64,000 nucleotides of DNA from Candidatus Limiplasma pullistercoris (GTDB lineage Bacteria; Bacillota; Clostridia; Christensenellales; Aristaeellaceae): NCBI GenBank assembly GCA_018715165.1, contig DVMC01000066.1, positions 15,050-79,049 of the forward strand. The letters are read 5' to 3'. This document shows, piece after piece, positions 34,659-44,849 of the stretch. The translations under genes were made by a program, and so were the position numbers. Position 1 is the stretch's first letter; every line of letters begins with the position of its first letter. The notes under the pieces are model-generated. The model did no database searches. It saw only the letters and a program-made list of their open reading frames with translations, and was not told where the DNA came from.

Positions 34659-36061
34659 CGGGCTGCCAGCGCGCCTGCGCATTTCCCCGGCATGGCCGGG
34701 GCTTTTTTTGCGTCCGCCTCACGAGCGGCCGCCAGCCGGCGCATGGCCCAGGCATAGGCGGGGAAGAGGAACAGATCCGCCGCCACCCACGCGGCCGGAC
34801 TAGCCGTGCATACGGCGATATAGCCGAACGTGGGCACCATCACCACGCCCACGATCACGCGGGCGGCCATTTCCAACACGCCGGCAAACACGGCCTGCCG
34901 CGTAAAGCCCAGCCCCTGAATCAGGAAGCGCACGATGTTGACAAAGGCCAACGGGATATACGCGGCCGAGTTCACCGTCAAAAACAGGGCGGCATTGGCC
35001 ATCACCTGGGTTTCTCCAGCGTCCATGAACATCTCGGAAAGGGGCCCGCCGAACATCGACAGCACCGCAAAGGCCGCCAGCGAATACACAATGCCGATGG
35101 CCGAGCAGCTCTTGAGTCCCTTGCCGATGCGCTCCAGCCTGCCCGCGCCCACGTTCTGGCCGCCGTAGGTGGCCATGGTGCTGCCCAGCGCGTCAAAGGG
35201 GCAGCAGAACAGCTGGCTGACCTTGCTGCCCGCCGCCACGCTGGCCACATAGCTGGAGCCCAGCAGGTTGACCGACGCCTGCAGCACGATGGAGCCGATG
35301 GCCGTGATGGAATACTGCAGTCCCGTGGGCACGCCCATACCGATGAGCCGTTGCACGCAAGCCCTGTCAAACCGCCAGTCCTGCCGGGTAAAAATGAGCA
35401 TGTCGCAGTGGCGGATATAGCGGACGCACAGAAGCGAGGAAACCGCCTGTGAGATCACCGTGGCCCACGCCGCGCCCTCCACGCCCATGCCGAAGGCCAG
35501 GATGAAGAGCAGATCCAGCGCCACGTTGAGCAGCGAGCAGATCACCAGGTAGATCACCGGCGTGCGCGAATCGCCCAAAGAGCGGATGATGCTGAACAGC
35601 ACGTTGTAGACAAACACCACCGGGATGCCCAGAAAGATCACAAAGATATAGGCGAAAGCGTTGTCCACGATATCTGCGGGGGTGTTCATCCAGCCCAGCA
35701 GCGGGCGGCACAGCGTGCACACCGCCGCTGTCATGACCAGCGAAAAAGTGACAGCCAGCAGGATGGCGTTGACCACGAAGCGCTTGAGGCCGGGATAGTC
35801 CCGCTCGCCGAATTTCTGCGCCACCGGGATGGCGAAGCCGTTGCACACGCCGATGCAGAATCCCAGCACCAGAAAGCTAAGCGAGCCCGTGGAGCCCACG
35901 CCCGCCAGCGCCTTCACGCCCAGAAACTTGCCCACCACAATGGTGTCCACCATGTTGTACACCTGCTGAAACAGCAGGCCGAACAGCAGCGGAAAGAAGA
36001 ATTCTACAACGCGCCGCATGGGCGAGCCTTCTGTCATGTCCCGGGCGAGCGTTCCGGCCAT
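34655..36061 (-). CDS. MATE family efflux transporter
   Basis: AAGGAGG lies 8 nt before the ATG at 36061. About 12 transmembrane segments. The N-terminus FFPLLFGLLFQQVYNMVDTIVVGKFLG is typical of MATE/NorM transporters. Confidence 0.9.
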   Translation of the reverse strand: MAGTLARDMTEGSPMRRVVEFFFPLLFGLLFQQVYNMVDTIVVGKFLGVKALAGVGSTGSLSFLVLGFCIGVCNGFAIPVAQKFGERDYPGLKRFVVNAILLAVTFSLVMTAAVCTLCRPLLGWMNTPADIVDNAFAYIFVIFLGIPVVFVYNVLFSIIRSLGDSRTPVIYLVICSLLNVALDLLFILAFGMGVEGAAWATVISQAVSSLLCVRYIRHCDMLIFTRQDWRFDRACVQRLIGMGVPTGLQYSITAIGSIVLQASVNLLGSSYVASVAAGSKVSQLFCCPFDALGSTMATYGGQNVGAGRLERIGKGLKSCSAIGIVYSLAAFAVLSMFGGPLSEMFMDAGETQVMANAALFLTVNSAAYIPLAFVNIVRFLIQGLGFTRQAVFAGVLEMAARVIVGVVMVPTFGYIAVCTASPAAWVAADLFLFPAYAWAMRRLAAAREADAKKAPAMPGKCAGALAAR

Positions 36062-36331
36062 ACTGGTAGCCTCCTTTGCCAAATCGTAGTCGTACAGGCG
36101 CACAGTATACGCCGGTCAGCGTCGATTTGCAAGGGTTTTTTTCAAGAAAATACGCTTTTTTGCAAATGCTACGCCCAAGGCTCCGCCATGGGAAGAATAC
36201 AGGTCATTTTTGGTATGATTCTTTCCATATTCTAACTTTGTAATCAATGTAAATCCATCGTTATGCACAAACCAACCATGCCCAAAATCCATCCTATATT
36301 GTAAAGCAGATACAAAAGGGAGGGCATGCGA

Positions 36332-37333
36332 ATGCGGCGCATCGCTTTGTTTACGTGTACGCTTTGGCTGATGCTGACCGTCTGCGCGGCGCAGGCGGAC
36401 GAGGTGGTGGTCACCCTGGGAGGCGACTGCGTGCTGGGTACGCGCGAGGAATGGAAAAACGACGCCGAAACCTTTGACACCATGATTGCCGAAAAGGGCT
36501 TTGACTGGTGCTTTGCGAGAATTGCGGAGCCGTTCCTGACCGACGACATCAGCCTGATCAATCTGGAAACCGTACTGCAAAGCCATTCCGAGGGCCACGA
36601 CCGCGGCAAGGAATTCACCTTTCGCGGCGACCCGTCCTACACCGGCATCCTCAAAGCGGCGGGCATCGAGCAGGTAAACATCGCCAACAACCACTACATC
36701 GACTTCGGCGGCAGCGGGCGCGAGAGCACGCGCGCGGCGCTGGAGGCCGCGGAGATTGGTTTCAGCGGCTATACCTACCGCTCGGTGGTGGAGGTGAACG
36801 GCTACCGCATCGGCTTCGCAGGATGCCGCGAAACGGTGTATCTGGACCGCAAGGCGCCCGTGTACAACGATCTGGAGGCGCTCAGGGAAGCGGGCTGCGA
36901 CGCGATCATCTATTCCTTTCACTGGGGCAAGGAATACAGCCCCACCCACAATCAGACCCAGCGCCGCATGGCGGACTACGCCATCGAGCATGGGGCGGAC
37001 ATCGTGGTGGGCACCCATCCGCACTGTGTGCAGGGAGTGGAGCACCGGCGCGGAAGCCTGATTCTGTGGAGCCTGGGAAACCTGGTGTTCGGCGGCACAC
37101 ACGAGATGACTACCTTCGACGCGGTGGTGGCGCAGGTATCGCTCTGCTTTGAGGACGGGGCCTATCAGGGCGCGAAGCTGCGGCTTTTGCCGGTACTCAC
37201 CTCCAGCGCGCGGCCGGAAAACAACTTTCAGCCCGAATGGGCCGAGGGAGAGGACTACGAGCGCATCATGGGCCTGATTCAGGATGACAGCGAAATGGAG
37301 ATCGAGTCGGAGATGTGGTTCCCGGCGGGCTGA
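36332..37333 (+). CDS. CapA/PGA_cap family metallophosphatase-like protein (secreted)
   Basis: Signal peptide. Motifs LGGDCVLG, INLETVL, ANNHYIDFG, SFHWGKEY, VGTHPHCVQG, SLGNLVFG. GGGAGGG SD favours the ATG at 36332 over 36326. Confidence 0.85.
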   Translation: MRRIALFTCTLWLMLTVCAAQADEVVVTLGGDCVLGTREEWKNDAETFDTMIAEKGFDWCFARIAEPFLTDDISLINLETVLQSHSEGHDRGKEFTFRGDPSYTGILKAAGIEQVNIANNHYIDFGGSGRESTRAALEAAEIGFSGYTYRSVVEVNGYRIGFAGCRETVYLDRKAPVYNDLEALREAGCDAIIYSFHWGKEYSPTHNQTQRRMADYAIEHGADIVVGTHPHCVQGVEHRRGSLILWSLGNLVFGGTHEMTTFDAVVAQVSLCFEDGAYQGAKLRLLPVLTSSARPENNFQPEWAEGEDYERIMGLIQDDSEMEIESEMWFPAG

Positions 37334-37343
37334 CGCGGGCCGC

Positions 37344-38792
37344 TCACGTCTTTTCCAGCGGCAGGCAGGCGGTGAACGTGGTTCCCGCCCCCACCTTGCT
37401 GCGCACCTTGAGGTGCCCGCCGTGCGCCGTCACGATGATGCGCGCGATGCTAAGTCCCAGCCCGTGCCCGCTGGTCTGTGATTTCCGGGCCTCGTCGCAG
37501 CGGTAGAAACGGTCGAATACCTTGGGCAGGTCCTCGGCGGAAATGCCCGCGCCGGTATCCGTGACGCTCAGGTAACAGGTGCGGCTGTCGCGCCTGACCC
37601 CCAGGGTGATGCTGCCGCCCGCGGGCGTGTATTTGATGGCATTGTCCACCAGAATGCGCATCAGCTGCTTGATCATGCCCTTGTCGGCGCTCACCCGTGC
37701 GTTCTGCGCGGGGCTGAGCTCGAAGCGGTGTGCGGATGAGAGAAGCTTGGCCTCGCGGTGCACCTCGCTCATCACCTCCAGCGGGTCGAACACCTCCATT
37801 TCCAGCATAAGCGTCTTTTTGTCGTGCCGGGCCAGGAACAAAAGGCGCTCCACCAGTTCCTTCATGCTGGCGGCCTCCTGCGAGATGGCGCTGATGCCCT
37901 CGTCAAGCACGGCCTTGTCGGTCTTGCCCCAGCGCTCCAGCATGCCCACATAGCCCTGGATGACCGCAATGGGCGTGCGCAGCTCATGAGAGGCGTCGCT
38001 GACGAACTGCTTCTGGCTGTTGTAGCTGAGTTCGATGCGGTCCAGCATGCCGTTGATGACCAACGCCAGGTCCTTGAGCTCGTTTTTTGCACCCTCCACG
38101 CTGATGCGGTCGCTCAAGTTGTTGGCGCTGAGGGCCGCGGCGGTCTCGGCCATGTCGGTGATGGGCTTGAGCACGCGGCGGTTCAGCCGGTCCCTGTGCG
38201 TAAGGAAATAGCCCACGCGGTACAAATCCAGGCACACCAGCACCCAGAACAGGATGTTCATCTGATAGAGGAGGTCGTCCACGGGCCAGGCCGCCGCCAC
38301 GCCCCCGTCCATGGTATCGACATAGAGCATCACGCGCCGCTGCCCGTCCTTTTCCACATCGGAAAACAGCAGCGCCAGCCGCTGCGCCATTCCCGCCAGA
38401 CCGCCTTCGTAGGCCTGCGGCAGCAGATACGCCTCCGTAAAGGGGAGAGCGGCGAGTTGTTCCTGGGCATAGACGCCGTCCTGCGCGGGCGTCATGGCGG
38501 CCAACGCATCCAGCGAGCGGCTCACCGCGGGCCATTGCGCCACGCACAGGGCCAGCATCGCCGCTGCCAGCACCGGCAGGGTGGTCCGCAAAAGCTGCCC
38601 TGAAAAGTGCAGCGCGATGCGCAGCGTAAGCGACAGCCGCAGATTGCTCAAAAGCCGGACCAGCGTGCCATGCACCGCGCGGGAAAAACGATCGAAGCCG
38701 TTTTCCCCGCTGTCTTTGCGCTTGGCCGCGCCCAGGGGCCAGCCTGTGTCCTGCGCGTCTTTTTTCTGCTTTTGGGCGGTTTTCTTACTCAT
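37344..38792 (-). CDS. Sensor histidine kinase (HAMP plus HisKA plus HATPase_c)
   Basis: H-box SHELRTPIAVIQGY, N-box DNAIKYTPAGG, G-boxes TDTGAGI and GHGLGLSIA. The ATG at 38792 overlaps the regulator stop by 8 nt. The rest of the 549-aa track ORF is out-of-frame overlap with the regulator. Confidence 0.9.
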   Translation of the reverse strand: MSKKTAQKQKKDAQDTGWPLGAAKRKDSGENGFDRFSRAVHGTLVRLLSNLRLSLTLRIALHFSGQLLRTTLPVLAAAMLALCVAQWPAVSRSLDALAAMTPAQDGVYAQEQLAALPFTEAYLLPQAYEGGLAGMAQRLALLFSDVEKDGQRRVMLYVDTMDGGVAAAWPVDDLLYQMNILFWVLVCLDLYRVGYFLTHRDRLNRRVLKPITDMAETAAALSANNLSDRISVEGAKNELKDLALVINGMLDRIELSYNSQKQFVSDASHELRTPIAVIQGYVGMLERWGKTDKAVLDEGISAISQEAASMKELVERLLFLARHDKKTLMLEMEVFDPLEVMSEVHREAKLLSSAHRFELSPAQNARVSADKGMIKQLMRILVDNAIKYTPAGGSITLGVRRDSRTCYLSVTDTGAGISAEDLPKVFDRFYRCDEARKSQTSGHGLGLSIARIIVTAHGGHLKVRSKVGAGTTFTACLPLEKT

Positions 38793-39465
38793 AGCGGAAC
38801 ATGTAGCCCACCGCACGGATGGTGTGGATGGTTTTGACGCCGAATTTATCGTCGATCTTCTGGCGCAGGTAACGGATGTATACGTCCACGATGTTGGTGT
38901 CGCCCGCGAATTCATAGCCCCAGACGTTGCTGAGCAGCTCGTCGCGCGTGACCGCCGCGCCCTCGTGCTGCCAGAGATAGTTGAGCAGGTCAAATTCCTT
39001 CTTGGTCAGCATGATGGGCTCGCCGTCAAAACTGGCGCCATAGCTGGCCGGCTCGATGCGCAGCTTGCCCGCCGTGCGCGCACCGGTATCCACGGCGCGG
39101 TCCGCGCGGTGCTTCTTCAGGTTCACGCGGATGCGGGCCAGCAGCTCCTCGATGGCGAAGGGCTTGGTCATGTAGTCGTCCGCGCCCATGTCCAACCCCA
39201 TCACCTTGTCGCTCACGTCGTCCTTGGCGGTGAGCATGATGATGGGCACATCGCTGGTCTGCCGAAGGCGGCGGCACACCTCGATGCCGCTTAGCTCCGG
39301 CAGCATCAGGTCCAGAATCAGCAAATCGGGCTGCCAGCTTTCGCACAGCGTAAGCCCCGTGCGCCCGTCATGCGCCGCCTGCACCTCGTACCCCTCGTGC
39401 TCCAGCTCCAGCGTCACAAAGCGGGCGATTTTTACCTCGTCCTCAACGATCAGAATCTTGCTCAT
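38785..39465 (-). CDS. OmpR-family response regulator
   Basis: MSKILIVEDE, phospho-acceptor context LLILDLMLP, and a winged-helix C-terminus TIRAVGYMFRYE. Confidence 0.9.
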   Translation of the reverse strand: MSKILIVEDEVKIARFVTLELEHEGYEVQAAHDGRTGLTLCESWQPDLLILDLMLPELSGIEVCRRLRQTSDVPIIMLTAKDDVSDKVMGLDMGADDYMTKPFAIEELLARIRVNLKKHRADRAVDTGARTAGKLRIEPASYGASFDGEPIMLTKKEFDLLNYLWQHEGAAVTRDELLSNVWGYEFAGDTNIVDVYIRYLRQKIDDKFGVKTIHTIRAVGYMFRYE

Positions 39466-39533
39466 AGCGCGCTCCTCATCCCCCTGTTTTGATAAGCAGG
39501 CCAAAAGGGTCCCTGGTCCGGGACCCTTTGGAT

Positions 39534-40166
39534 TCAGCGGATATCGGCCTCGTGATAGCCATCGCCGTCATCCCGCACGTCCACGCTGCCGCCGTCCGGA
39601 AATTGCACGTTCACGGGGCGCGTGCCGCTGGCGGCGCTTTCGGTGCGCGGCGGGGGCGTAGGGCGGTCCTTGGGCTCCTCCTGCGGGTGCTCCTGGGATT
39701 TGCCGCCGCTCTGGGAGAACTGCTGGGCGAAGCTGGACACGGTATGCTGCACGTTTTCCTTGGCATTTTTGACCATGCTGTCAAATGTTTCGGAGGAAAA
39801 CTCGCGGCTGTCCCGGTCGATGTTGATGCGGTAGCCCAGCGCCAGGGATACGATCAGCCCGATGATGAAGATGTGCGGCGCGGTGATCAGCGTGAGCAGC
39901 ACAAAAAGCGAGCTGAGGTTCACCACCACGGCCTCGTCCTTGCGCACGCGCAGCCGGAGGCGGTAGAGAAAGGTGAACACGCCCTTGGCACCTTTGCCCG
40001 CGTCGCTGGAGGCGGGGCCGGTCTTGAGCCGTCCGTTTTTCTCCAAGTCCACCAGCGCCCTGGCCAGGCTGCCGTTGTGATACTCCAGCAGGTTGACGGC
40101 CTCTTCATAGGAGATGCCACTCTTCTGCCGTAGAATTTCGATGTCCTCAAAGGTGTACTTTGCCAT
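39534..40166 (-). CDS. DUF4342-like protein with an N-terminal UBA/EF-Ts-N-like domain
   Basis: AAGGAGG SD. The N-terminus FEDIEILRQKSGISYEEAVNLLEYHNGSLARALVDLEKNGR matches the UBA-like start of DUF4342 proteins as I recall them. It has a central hydrophobic segment. Confidence 0.55.
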   Translation of the reverse strand: MAKYTFEDIEILRQKSGISYEEAVNLLEYHNGSLARALVDLEKNGRLKTGPASSDAGKGAKGVFTFLYRLRLRVRKDEAVVVNLSSLFVLLTLITAPHIFIIGLIVSLALGYRINIDRDSREFSSETFDSMVKNAKENVQHTVSSFAQQFSQSGGKSQEHPQEEPKDRPTPPPRTESAASGTRPVNVQFPDGGSVDVRDDGDGYHEADIR

Positions 40167-40368
40167 GCTTCCTGCCTCCTTGCGTCGTCCCTTGGAAGCG
40201 ATCGGCGCGCCGGAAAGGCTCGGAGGGCCTGCGGGCCCTCCAAACTTTCCGGAAGGGTTTTGCCGCGCGCTGGTCGTTCTCCTGGGAACGATGTCATCTT
40301 ACCACAATTCCGGCCGGAATGCTTGAGGATTTTGCAAGAGCTTCATGAGAAAATGATGAGATTTCGAA

Positions 40369-43059
40369 TCATTTTTGCTTTCGCGCCGCCTTGGCGGCAA
40401 GCAGCGCGTCGGCGGTGTCCTGCGCGGCCTTGCGGCGCTTGTGTCCGTCGTCCTGCGCACGGCGCCTGTCAGATCCGTATGTTCCGGCGGGACGCGGGTC
40501 CTTGGGCCGCTCCTCCCGTCCGGCGCGGCGGCGCGTCACGGCGGCTAACGCCTCCTCCCAGGAGAGCTTGCGCAGCGCGATGTCCATCCCCAGCAGCGCG
40601 AGCGCCAGCCACAGAAGCATCGGGCGCAGCGCCGTCCGCCCCGTTGCCGGGGATACGGGCGTCGCCCAGAAATCCGCCTCGCCTGTCAGCACGCGACCGC
40701 CCGTGCGGGCCGCGAGTTCCTCCAGGCTTTGGTCCGGCTGCACGCGCAGGTCATACTCCCCGGAGAAGCCGCACACCGCGCCGCCTTCCTGCGCATGCAC
40801 GGTTCCATCCCCGCCCGTATAGGTGACGCGCACGGCATAAGCGCCCTCCTGCGCAGAGGATAGCTCGCCCTCGTATTGACCGGGCGCGGTTTCATCGAGG
40901 CGAAGGGTCTCCTGCGTGCCGTCGGGCAACGTCACGGCGGCCTCCGTCGCGCCCGAAGCGGCCTGCGCCAGCGTATAACGGATGTGCACCGCCCCGTCCT
41001 TAGCCTGCGCAGTCAATTCACCCTCGCGCTGCGCGCCGGGAAGCAGGCGGGAAAGCACGCCGCCGAAGAAACGCGGCGCATCCTGCCAGGCCATGAAGGC
41101 GGCGGTCCACGCCCCCTCCACATCGCTGGTCCAGGCGGCCACCTTGCCGGCGCCCGCGTTCCACCACGAAAGCAGCGGGTCCTCGGTATCGCTGGCCAGC
41201 GTCACGGTCGCGGTGGGCTTTTCCGCGGCGCACAGATAACCGTCCACCTGCGGCAGTCCATCGAAACCGGACAGCGTCTGCGCTTCGAGGATCACGGGCG
41301 TAAAGGTATGGTTTTTCACATAGCTGTCGCTCACCAGCATGGTTTCCTTGGTAAAGATCTTGGGAATGCTGTCGAACTCGCCCACCTCATAGGCGCGTCC
41401 TCCCCCCAGTGTGGACAAGAGGCGCATCAGCTGCGCATTGGCGTCGGTGCCCACGGCCACGGTGGTCAGCGTGATGCCGGACCTTTGCATCGCCAGGGCG
41501 ATGTCCTGAAAGCCCGTATCGGCGGGCTGGCCGTCAGAGAGAAAGATGACGTGTTTCTGGGGCGTCTGGGCGGCCTGCAGCACGCGGTAGGCCTCATCCA
41601 GCGCGGAATAGAAAGCCGTGCCGCCGTCTGCGCGCAAAGTTCCGATCAGGCTCTGCACATCCTCCAGGCTGCTCACGCTCTGGAAGGGCACCACCCATTT
41701 GGCCGTATCGTCGAAGCCGATCACGCCGATGTTGTCGCGTTCGCTCAGCACCTCCACGGCGCTCATGGCGGCTTCCTTGGCCGCTTCGATGCGCGAAGCG
41801 CCAAACTGCCCGCTGGTCATGCTGCCTGATTTGTCGATACAGATCACCAGCGACAGGGCCGGCATGCGCTGCTTGTTGCGCACGTCGATGGTCACGGGCA
41901 GGAGCGCTTCAAGGTCCGTACCCCGATAGCCGCCCAGGGCGTAGCTGGTATCGCCGCCCAGCACCAGCAGGCCGCGTCCCAGCGTGCGGACGGCCTGGTC
42001 CAGCGCCTGCCACTGCTTCTGCGCGGCGGCGGCATAATCGATGTTGTTGAGCACCACCGCGTCATAGGCCAGGTAGCCGTCCGCGCCGGAGGGCATGGCC
42101 GCAGGGCGGATGCGCTCCACCCGCATGCCGGATGCGGAGAACAGCTTTTCCGCCGTGCCGGCTTCCTCCACCAGCAGTACGTTTGGCGCGCCCAGCACGC
42201 GCGCGTAGGCCGCAAGGCGGTTGTTCTGGCTCTGCGTATCCTCCCCGCTGACCAACCGCGCCTCATAGGTGACCACGCCGGTCTTTTGTGCCACGAGGGA
42301 AAAGGCATAGCGGTTTTCCCCGGCCTTGAGCGATACCTCGCGGGTGTCGGTGGCCTCGCCGTTCTGGTACAGAACCAGCGTGGCCGTCATGTCCGCATTC
42401 GCGTCGATGGTGACGGAAAGGGGCACCGCCTGTCCCTCGTATGCCTCGGCGGGAGCGGTCAGCTCGCTGATCTGAGCATCCGGTCCCGATGCGGTCTCCA
42501 GCGGCAGCACGTCCACGCGCACGCCTGCGGCGGCCAACAGGTCCACCGTGGAGGCGGACAGATCCGCCTTGCCATCGCTGATCACGGTCATGCCGCCGCT
42601 TCCGCCGCTTGGCAGAAGGGCCGCCGCCAGACGCAGCGCGCCGTCCAGGTCGCTGCCCGACCGGTCCACGCTGGCGCTCACGCCCGAAAAGGCGGGCTCA
42701 TCCCCGGCAGGCGTATCCACCATGGCGTCCGCCCCGAAGGCGATCACGCCCGCTTCCTGCCCCAGCGGCAGGCGCGCGAGCGCACGGCTGACCCCTTCCT
42801 CCGCCTGCGCGTGAAGCTGGCGGATGGAATCCGACACATCCATCACGACCCACCTTTGCGCCGCGCCCGACGTGGTCAGGACCGATGGACCGGCCACGGC
42901 CAGCGCCAGCACAAGGCACAGAAACAGGCGCGCGCAGAGCGTGACCCGCCTGCGCAACGACCCGCGGCGCACCCGGTAGCGGCGGTCGATCAGCCATACC
43001 GCGGCCAGGCCCAGCGGAATCAGCGCCAGGGCCCAGAGCGATTCAAATGCCAGTCCCAC
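40369..43059 (-). CDS. Large membrane VWA-domain protein (Bat-like), last gene of the 8-gene operon
   Basis: N-terminal BatA-like transmembrane region (LWALALIPLGLAAVWLIDRR). VWA/MIDAS motif VICIDKSGSM...GGTAF...IFLSDGQP. A GATase1-like stretch YDAVVLNNIDY...GLLVLGGD. C-terminal transmembrane segment plus a basic tail. Confidence 0.8.
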   Translation of the reverse strand: MGLAFESLWALALIPLGLAAVWLIDRRYRVRRGSLRRRVTLCARLFLCLVLALAVAGPSVLTTSGAAQRWVVMDVSDSIRQLHAQAEEGVSRALARLPLGQEAGVIAFGADAMVDTPAGDEPAFSGVSASVDRSGSDLDGALRLAAALLPSGGSGGMTVISDGKADLSASTVDLLAAAGVRVDVLPLETASGPDAQISELTAPAEAYEGQAVPLSVTIDANADMTATLVLYQNGEATDTREVSLKAGENRYAFSLVAQKTGVVTYEARLVSGEDTQSQNNRLAAYARVLGAPNVLLVEEAGTAEKLFSASGMRVERIRPAAMPSGADGYLAYDAVVLNNIDYAAAAQKQWQALDQAVRTLGRGLLVLGGDTSYALGGYRGTDLEALLPVTIDVRNKQRMPALSLVICIDKSGSMTSGQFGASRIEAAKEAAMSAVEVLSERDNIGVIGFDDTAKWVVPFQSVSSLEDVQSLIGTLRADGGTAFYSALDEAYRVLQAAQTPQKHVIFLSDGQPADTGFQDIALAMQRSGITLTTVAVGTDANAQLMRLLSTLGGGRAYEVGEFDSIPKIFTKETMLVSDSYVKNHTFTPVILEAQTLSGFDGLPQVDGYLCAAEKPTATVTLASDTEDPLLSWWNAGAGKVAAWTSDVEGAWTAAFMAWQDAPRFFGGVLSRLLPGAQREGELTAQAKDGAVHIRYTLAQAASGATEAAVTLPDGTQETLRLDETAPGQYEGELSSAQEGAYAVRVTYTGGDGTVHAQEGGAVCGFSGEYDLRVQPDQSLEELAARTGGRVLTGEADFWATPVSPATGRTALRPMLLWLALALLGMDIALRKLSWEEALAAVTRRRAGREERPKDPRPAGTYGSDRRRAQDDGHKRRKAAQDTADALLAAKAARKQK

Positions 43060-44824
43060 GGCGGCTCACCTCCCATTCCAGCAGCATCACGGCAAACAGC
43101 GCCGCAAGCACCCAGCCGGTCCACTCGCGGTAGCTGGATGTATCCCGCGCCTGCGCGCCCTCCGTGGATGCGGGCACCGTCAGGGTGTCGCTTTCCTCCG
43201 GCGGAATGTGCAAGGCAAACGCCGTTTCCCGCACCTGTCCATCCGCCAGGGTTTCCACGAGACGGTACACGCCGGGCGCGTCCGTATCGGCAAAGTCGGT
43301 TCCCTCCAGAGCGATCTGCTGTCCATCCGGCGTCTCCACCCATGCGGACTCGCTGCGCGCGTCCAGCGCAAACGAAACGGGCGCGCCGCAGCCGGTCGCC
43401 TCCACGGAAGCGGCCGCGTCCGGCAGAAGCCAGGAAAGCAGGTTTTGCACCATCACCGGAAAGTCCGCCTTGAGGGGCAGGTTGCTGTCATGCAGGTCGA
43501 AGCCCAGCGCAGCCGCGCGCCGTCCCTCGCCTTCGGACAGGGCCAGCAGCGTCTCGCCGCCCGAAAGCAGCACGGGCGTGCCTCCCGCAAGCGGTCTGAA
43601 GGAACGGATGGCCACGTCCGTAAGCAGCAGATGCTCACAGATCTCCGCCGCTTCCGCGTCCACGGCAGCGCGCAGGGTTCCTCCGTCCCCCTGCACGGCC
43701 TCGCCGGGCGTGATGCCCAAAATCGGCTCCGGCGGATTCACGGCCCAGATGGCCCCCGTCTCCGGCAGGGCTTCCGGCAAAACGCCATCATAGATATACA
43801 GATCGCATCCGGCGGCGGCCTGCGCATCCTGCGAACCGGCCAGCACCAGATTGAGTTCCGGCCGAAGGCGAAGCGCCTCCTCCAGAAACACGTTCCCCTC
43901 CGTCACCAGCAGAGCCGTATACTGCCGCCGGCTCTGCTCCACAGCCCAGCGCGTATCGTCCACGGCCAGCGCGCCGCCGGGCGATACGCGCGCCATGGCG
44001 CTGCGCGTGCCCTCCGGCACGGTCAGAAGCACGCCCTGACTCTCCCCGTCGGCCAGCGAAACGGCGCGCACGTCGCACAGTGCGCCGTCCGCGTAGCACT
44101 CCACCTCCACCTGCACATCCCCGCCCCAGCTGACGAGGCGCACAAAGGCCGTGTTTTCCTCCGGCTGCAGGCTCATGTCCATCAGGCTCACGTTGGGCGC
44201 GCTTTCCCCCACCGCGCACAGGTTCGCCTCCGGCGGGATCTCCACGGCGCTGTCGGTGAACACGTAGATCTCCATGCCGGGCGCCTCGCGCCGCATGGCC
44301 GCCGCCAGCGACAACGCACCGGACAGGTCCGCGCCGCCGTTGCCCGCTTCCAGCCCCCGGATGACGCTTCCGGCCATCGCATGGTCCGTGCTGCGCGACA
44401 CCAGCGGCGAAAACGACTGACCCGCCGCAAGCACCGTAACCGCATCCCCATCGCGCATGCCCTCCAGCAGGCCCAGGGCCTGCCGCTTCGCGTCCTCCAG
44501 GCGGGACAGTCCCTCACCGTCCACGGCCTGCATGCTGGCGGACAGGTCGAAAATGAACACGCGCTCGCCCCCCAGGCCGCCCGCGGTAACCGGGCGCATC
44601 AGCGCAAGCGAAAGCAGCGCCACCATCGCCAGCTGCAGCCACAGAAGCAGCTGGCTCCTAAGCCGCTGAAACGGCCGGTTCTGACGGGTGCGTTCCTCGG
44701 TTTTTTTCCACAAAACCAGGCTCGGCACCGGTGTGCGCCGGGCCTTCCTTTTGAGCAAATACAGCGCGATCACCGGCAGGACGCCAAGAAACGCCCACGC
44801 TCCCGCGGGATTCAGCCATTCCAT
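43043..44824 (-). CDS. BatA-like VWA-domain membrane protein
   Basis: The N-terminus LNPAGAWAFLGVLPVIALYLLKRKARRTPVPSLVLWKK is the aerotolerance-regulator N-terminal double-transmembrane motif. MIDAS motif FIFDLSASM. It overlaps the downstream gene by 17 nt. Confidence 0.8.
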   Translation of the reverse strand: MEWLNPAGAWAFLGVLPVIALYLLKRKARRTPVPSLVLWKKTEERTRQNRPFQRLRSQLLLWLQLAMVALLSLALMRPVTAGGLGGERVFIFDLSASMQAVDGEGLSRLEDAKRQALGLLEGMRDGDAVTVLAAGQSFSPLVSRSTDHAMAGSVIRGLEAGNGGADLSGALSLAAAMRREAPGMEIYVFTDSAVEIPPEANLCAVGESAPNVSLMDMSLQPEENTAFVRLVSWGGDVQVEVECYADGALCDVRAVSLADGESQGVLLTVPEGTRSAMARVSPGGALAVDDTRWAVEQSRRQYTALLVTEGNVFLEEALRLRPELNLVLAGSQDAQAAAGCDLYIYDGVLPEALPETGAIWAVNPPEPILGITPGEAVQGDGGTLRAAVDAEAAEICEHLLLTDVAIRSFRPLAGGTPVLLSGGETLLALSEGEGRRAAALGFDLHDSNLPLKADFPVMVQNLLSWLLPDAAASVEATGCGAPVSFALDARSESAWVETPDGQQIALEGTDFADTDAPGVYRLVETLADGQVRETAFALHIPPEESDTLTVPASTEGAQARDTSSYREWTGWVLAALFAVMLLEWEVSRRGTGI

Positions 44825-44849
44825 CGCGTCTTATTCCCCCTCTTGTGAA

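Noticed and set aside
36116-37102. 328-aa minus-strand ORF
   Set aside because: It is antisense to the CapA-family gene, which has clear motifs and a signal peptide.
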